A stretch of 64,000 nt of DNA from Planctomycetota bacterium. Lineage in GTDB: Bacteria; Planctomycetota; MHYJ01; WSZJ01. The position numbers and the translations under genes are program-made. The notes beneath the pieces were generated by a model. That model made no database searches. It saw nothing but the letters and a program-made list of their open reading frames with translations, and was not told the DNA's origin. Of the stretch, positions 59,579 through 64,000 are shown piece by piece. The stretch is taken from NCBI GenBank assembly GCA_038060895.1, contig JBBTCT010000005.1:37713-101712 (forward strand), given 5' to 3'. The number at the start of each line of letters is the position of its first letter. Position 1 is the first letter of the stretch.

Positions 59579-59702
59579 GGCCGGTGGATTCTACAAACCG
59601 AATCGAGGGAATACGGTTCCCTCTTCCGGCGTATTCATTCTGTCGCTAGAATTCCCCTTCCCGTCCATGAGGCCGGGACATACCACAACCAGGAGATTTT
59701 CA

Positions 59703-60335
59703 ATGACGATGAGTTCCACGTGGGCCGCCCGGTTCGGCGCGGCTGTGTTCGGCGCCGTGCTGTCCTTCGCGATTCCCGCCTATGCCGGCGACGGCTGTTG
59801 CGGCGAAGCCAAGGAAGAGAAAGTTGTCTCGGCCGCCACGCCGCAGGAATGCTTCAAGGAAGCGGCCTGCGCGATCCAGAAGGGCGACACGAAGGCGCTT
59901 GCTTCGCAGCTGAGCGTGAAGTCGAACGAGCTCGCGGCGAAGAAGGGCGAGGAGATGAAGGAAGGCGTGAGCAAGTGCGAGGCGACGCAGAAGAAGCTGA
60001 ACGTGACGGCGGAGAAGGTGAAGGAGATGTCCGGCAAGGACCTCATGCTGACCATGATGATCTGCAAGGTGAAGGAAGCGATTGCGGCGGCGAAGAAGGG
60101 CGAGGCGGAGAAGGAAGCCGGCTGCGATGATGGCGGATGCTGCGGCGAAGAGAAGAAGGACGAGTGCTGCGACATCAAGGACGTGAAGATCGACGGCGAC
60201 AAGGCTACGGCGCTGTGCCCGCTCGGCCAGCCGCTGGCGTTCGTGAAGGAAGAAGGCGCCTGGAAGATGGACATCACCGGGATGCTCGAGAAGGGTTGCG
60301 ACGGCGGCAAGTGCGAGGAAAAGGCGAGCGAGTAG
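59703..60335 (+). CDS. Secreted Cys-rich protein on an NTF2-like scaffold
   Basis: Signal peptide ending AYA, 14 Cys, ATPQECF...IDGDKATA...FVKEEGAWKMD. Confidence 0.7.
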   Translation: MTMSSTWAARFGAAVFGAVLSFAIPAYAGDGCCGEAKEEKVVSAATPQECFKEAACAIQKGDTKALASQLSVKSNELAAKKGEEMKEGVSKCEATQKKLNVTAEKVKEMSGKDLMLTMMICKVKEAIAAAKKGEAEKEAGCDDGGCCGEEKKDECCDIKDVKIDGDKATALCPLGQPLAFVKEEGAWKMDITGMLEKGCDGGKCEEKASE

Positions 60336-60357
60336 TCGCCCGAGGACAAGGAAGCAG

Positions 60358-60393
60358 AACGCCGGGCAGCGATGGCTGCCCGGCGTTTTTTTT
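60358..60393 (+). terminator. Rho-independent terminator
   Basis: AACGCCGGGCAGC-GATG-GCTGCCCGGCGTT stem followed by a T run. Confidence 0.9.
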
Positions 60394-60654
60394 GCCCGTC
60401 CTGCCCGCGGAAGCCCCCGCGCGCTCGCTTCCAGGGGAATTCGCGTGACCGGGGAGCGACTGCAGGTCCTCGAAGGGCACAGCGGCACGGTCATCGGCAC
60501 GGCGTTCGCCAGGGACAGATCCCGCTGCCTGCCGACGGCCGCCGACGTGACCAGCCGCTGAGGGATACGACGACCGGGAATAGGGTTTCGGTCCTCGCCT
60601 GGCCTCGCATCCCGATGGCCGGAGGCGGCAGCGGCCAGGCCAAAGAAGCAGGGC

Positions 60655-61416
60655 CTATCGCGGTTTTGTCGCGACCGCGACCAGCCGTGCCGCGTTCACG
60701 CCGTACTCGCCGCCGTCGAGGCTGCCGAAGAGCCGAACGCCGGTGAACCCGGCCGCTTCGAGCAGGTCCCGGAGCTCCTGGCCCGAATAAATGGTGTGGT
60801 GGAAGCGGAACGTGCGCGACTTCCCCTTGCGGATCACGACCCACTCGTTCCGGATGCGTGTCCAATCGTCGAAGATTTCGTGCCGCTCGACGAGCCAGCC
60901 GCCGCCGGGGAGGCGCTGGGACGTGGTCGGCTGGAAAATTTTCGCAAGGCGCTCCTTGCCGTTCAGTTCAATGACGAAAACCCCGCCGGGCTTGAGCGAT
61001 GCAAACACGTTTCCGAGCACGCGACGGTCCTCTTCCTTCCTGTCGAAGTAACCGAAGGACGTGAAGAGGCTGATCGCGAGGTCGAACGTGTCCGGACGCA
61101 CGAAGTCGCGCATGTCGGAGAACACCCATTCGATTTTCACCCGCGCGGACTTCGCCAGCGTTTTCGCCTTGTCCATCAGGAAGCGCGTCCGATCGACGCC
61201 CGTGACTCGATACCCGCGCTTCGCCAGTTCCACCGAGCACCGCCCGGGCCCGCTGCAGAGGTCGAGAACAGCCTTCCCGCGCGGCTTCGCGAGACGGAGA
61301 AGCGAGGTCATTTCCGCAGGCGTCGCTTCGAGTCGTGAAGTCGGGAACATGAACGGGTACGTCACGCGCCAGAACGACTCGTCGTCGAACCACTCGCGGG
61401 TGCGGGCTGAGGGCAT
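60655..61416 (-). CDS. Class I SAM-dependent methyltransferase
   Basis: VLDLCSGPGR, VTGVD, DMRDF, FTSFGYF, LKPGGVFVI. Confidence 0.92.
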   Translation of the reverse strand: MPSARTREWFDDESFWRVTYPFMFPTSRLEATPAEMTSLLRLAKPRGKAVLDLCSGPGRCSVELAKRGYRVTGVDRTRFLMDKAKTLAKSARVKIEWVFSDMRDFVRPDTFDLAISLFTSFGYFDRKEEDRRVLGNVFASLKPGGVFVIELNGKERLAKIFQPTTSQRLPGGGWLVERHEIFDDWTRIRNEWVVIRKGKSRTFRFHHTIYSGQELRDLLEAAGFTGVRLFGSLDGGEYGVNAARLVAVATKPR

Positions 61417-61557
61417 GAAGTTGATCTCCCGGGGGAAGCGGCCAATCTACCCCATGTCGCGGCGGGGAGTGCGACCGGCGCGGAATTCCGATTATTCGGG
61501 GGCATTGCCCGTACTCGTTCGTATCAGGATGAAATTCCATCCCCACGGGAGGGCCCG

Positions 61558-62427
61558 ATGAAGGCATTGATGGCGATCACGTCCGTTCTCTCGCTCGCGC
61601 TGGTCTGCAGGGCTGAGGACGATCCCGTGGAGGTCCTGCGGGAAGCACTGAAGGCGACGGAGTCCGCGGGCGGGTTCCGCTGCGAGGGCGGCGTGAAGCG
61701 GGATGGCGGCAACGCGATGGTCCAGATCGGCGGGATGGGCGGTGGCGGCCGCGCCGTGACGGGGACGATGGAGTGCCGGGTGGATGCGGACGGCGACACC
61801 GAGTTCCGGCTGTCGAGCGGCGATGACGAGATTCTCGTCGTGCGCGCCGGCGGCAAGACGGTCAAGCAGGCGACCTGGACCGGACAGGCGCCCGACGTTG
61901 ACGCATTCGCCGCGACGGCTTCGAAGCTGCTGTCCTGGAAATCGCTTCGCTCCGGGCTCAAGAAATCGAAGAAGGCGAAGCTGGTGCGCGATGGCGCGGT
62001 GGACGTCGTCACCCTGCGCCTCCCGAACACCTTCCTCGACCAGGAAAGGGACGCCTCGGGCGGCCCGCAAATGAGCGCCCTGGTCGAGGGATCGTTCATC
62101 GAGACGCGCGGGATCGATGCACGCTTTGAGATCGACCACGAGAGCGGCCTGTTGCGCGCGATGAAGTTCGAGGTCCGTCGTGGCTACGGCGACGCGATCC
62201 TCTCGGCGGTGGAGGAGCACGGCGGAAAGAAGCGCGGGTACGGGGAGTGGGGCGATGAGGACCCGGGGAAGGACGAGGAAGAGGACGACGAAACTGGCGA
62301 GGCCGAAGTGAAGAAAGCGGACGCGGCGGGCGCGCTGAAGATGTCGGACACGAAGACAACCTGGGAGTTCCGGGGGATCGATCTCGACGCGGACATCGAC
62401 GTGAAACTTTCCAAGGCACGGAAATAG
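61558..62427 (+). CDS. Secreted hypothetical protein
   Basis: Signal peptide, beta-rich, acidic insert; 8 nt upstream of the next gene. Confidence 0.65.
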   Translation: MKALMAITSVLSLALVCRAEDDPVEVLREALKATESAGGFRCEGGVKRDGGNAMVQIGGMGGGGRAVTGTMECRVDADGDTEFRLSSGDDEILVVRAGGKTVKQATWTGQAPDVDAFAATASKLLSWKSLRSGLKKSKKAKLVRDGAVDVVTLRLPNTFLDQERDASGGPQMSALVEGSFIETRGIDARFEIDHESGLLRAMKFEVRRGYGDAILSAVEEHGGKKRGYGEWGDEDPGKDEEEDDETGEAEVKKADAAGALKMSDTKTTWEFRGIDLDADIDVKLSKARK

Positions 62428-62435
62428 GAGCCCCC

Positions 62436-63830
62436 ATGCTGACATCGCTGACCCTGCTGGCCGCCGCCACCGTGACGCTTGGCCTCCGCGCCGATGGAGA
62501 CACCTGGGATGCCGCCAAGGCCGCGCGCGCCGTCCCCGGCGTCGAGAACACGCAGTCCGGCGAAGGCGAGCTGCGCTTCGACGTCAACAAACCGGTCTCC
62601 ATGGCCGCCCTGCGCGAGTCGCTCGGCCTCGCCGGCTGGAAACTGGACGAGAAGCGCACGACGCTGCGCGCGCCTCTGTCGATCCGCGTGGACGGCCGCG
62701 GCGCGGACGCGACGGCGATTCTCGACACGAATCTCTGGCTCCTTCCCGCGCTGCGCGCTCTCGGCGGCGAAGCGAAAATCGAGGACCTCGATCCGCGGAT
62801 GTGCCTGCGCATCCGCTTCTCCCCGCAGGACGGCGTGACGTTTCGCCAGATCCGCGACGTCGTCGAAAAATCGAAAGCCTTCGCGCTGAGGGAGGGGCGC
62901 GCGTACGACCTCGTGGACGTTTCCGTGCTCCCAGAGGGAGGGCCGGATTCGTTGCGGTGGGAGAGGCTGCTTGAGCTGACGGGCGGGGTGAAGTGGGAAA
63001 CGGATCCTGAGGCGGCGATCGCGCGCGCCGAGAAGGAGAATCGCCCGATCTTCCTCATGATCACGAGCGACTGCTGAGCGGGAGAGACCGCCTTGAGAGC
63101 CGTGCCGCTCTCCGAAAACGACCTGATCGACCTGCTTAACCTGCGCTTCGTCGCGATCTCTTTCGACCTCAAGAGCGTGCAGACGAACCCGGGAGCGCTT
63201 CGCCGCATTGAGAAGCTCGACAAGTGCTTCAGCGCCCCGCAGATTTTCGTCGCGAAGCCCTCGGGAAAGCTCCTCTACCACACGCTGATGGCCGGCGCAC
63301 CGTCGCTGATCAAGACTCTCAGGTGCGTTCTTTCGAAAAACCCTGAATTGAACCATCCGTCCGCCGAGGAAGAGAAGGCACCGGCCGCGCTCGACCGTCT
63401 CGAGCTGGCCCTGCGCGCGATGGACCGCAAGCTCGCGGAGACGATCATCGCCGGCATCCAGGAAAAGTCCGCGCGGCTCCAGATTCTCCGCGCCCGTCTC
63501 GCCCGCCGCCTCGGGAACACCGAAGAGGCGCTTCAGCACCTCGACGGACTCGATGGCGTCGACGCCGGCCTCGAGCGCGTCGCGGTCCAGATGGGCGGGC
63601 GGAATTGGACGGACGCAGAAGCTGCGCTTGTGAAGCTCGAAGCGACCCCGCAGGTCCGCTATCTCCGGGGGCTGATTGCTTACCTCCAACGCGACGACGA
63701 CCGCGCCGTAGACCTCTGGTCGAAAGCGATCGCGGCCGCGCCGGATGACCCGTGGAGCCTGCGCGCTTCGTGGAAGATGTTCGCGCTTGGGATGATCGGC
63801 GACAGCCACGTCACGGAAAGCCTGCGGTGA
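62436..63830 (+). CDS. Probable secreted selenoprotein: thioredoxin-like (SelN-like CU motif) + TPR; UGA at 63075-63077 read as Sec
   Basis: Track ORFs 62436-63077 and 63093-63830 are in the same frame. Joined they read WETDPEAAIARAEKENRPIFLMITSDC-U-AGETALRAVPLSENDLIDLLNLRFVAISFD, a continuous Trx-like fold. Confidence 0.75.
63095..63112 (+). promoter_or_regulatory. Candidate bacterial SECIS hairpin
   Basis: GAGAGC-CGTGCC-GCTCTC; G in loop position 2, 25 nt after the UGA. Confidence 0.55.
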
Positions 63831-63842
63831 CCGGTCCCCGCC

Positions 63843-64000
63843 ATGGAGATCGCCTTGCTGACGAAGGGTCCTCCCCAGGTCGCACCGGATCGCACGGACG
63901 AGGACCTCGTCCGCGACCTGGCCACCGGTTCGACGGCGGCGCTCGACGCGCTCATGGCCCGGCACGGGCGCGCGGTCGCGACGCTTCTCGACCGGACGCT
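63843..64000 (+). CDS. ECF sigma factor, partial (runs off right edge)
   Basis: Manual translation MEIALL...TDEDLVRDLATGSTAALDALMARHGRAV, typical ECF region 1.2/2 start. Confidence 0.7.
   Translation, partial: MEIALLTKGPPQVAPDRTDEDLVRDLATGSTAALDALMARHGRAVATLLDRT

Noticed and set aside
60394-60654. Possible ncRNA in the 260-nt GC-rich gap
   Set aside because: No recognisable tRNA, riboswitch or other RNA motif; it lies between convergent gene ends.

Overview
GC-rich bacterial chromosomal window with about 55 genes and no rRNA, tRNA, CRISPR array or transposase visible. lgt, ispH, a sigma54 activator, two-component systems and an ECF sigma factor make the context clearly bacterial. DUF1570-type peptidases, Zn-ribbon/TM proteins and Hanks kinases suggest Planctomycetota or a related lineage (inference). 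The main discovery is a co-oriented 8-gene locus at 43386-50912 that looks like an archaeal/eukaryotic-type ESCRT machine. It encodes four Snf7/CHMP-like ESCRT-III proteins, a MIT-domain Vps4/CdvC-like AAA ATPase, a small membrane protein, an SPFH-plus-beta-propeller protein and a Zn-finger protein with a probable C-terminal winged helix. Other notable items: a probable selenoprotein (in-frame Cys-UGA, SelN-like thioredoxin motif, candidate SECIS hairpin) split into two ORFs by the track, a CarF/TMEM189 desaturase pair beside an unannotated phosphatidylserine-decarboxylase remnant, a pseudokinase, an active/inactive peptidase paralog trio, an IspH-UbiA fusion, a lipoprotein-GspG fusion, an in-frame palindrome inside a luciferase-like gene, micro-repeat hairpins between genes and many apparently leaderless genes. 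All family assignments come from motif recognition by eye, and no database search was run.
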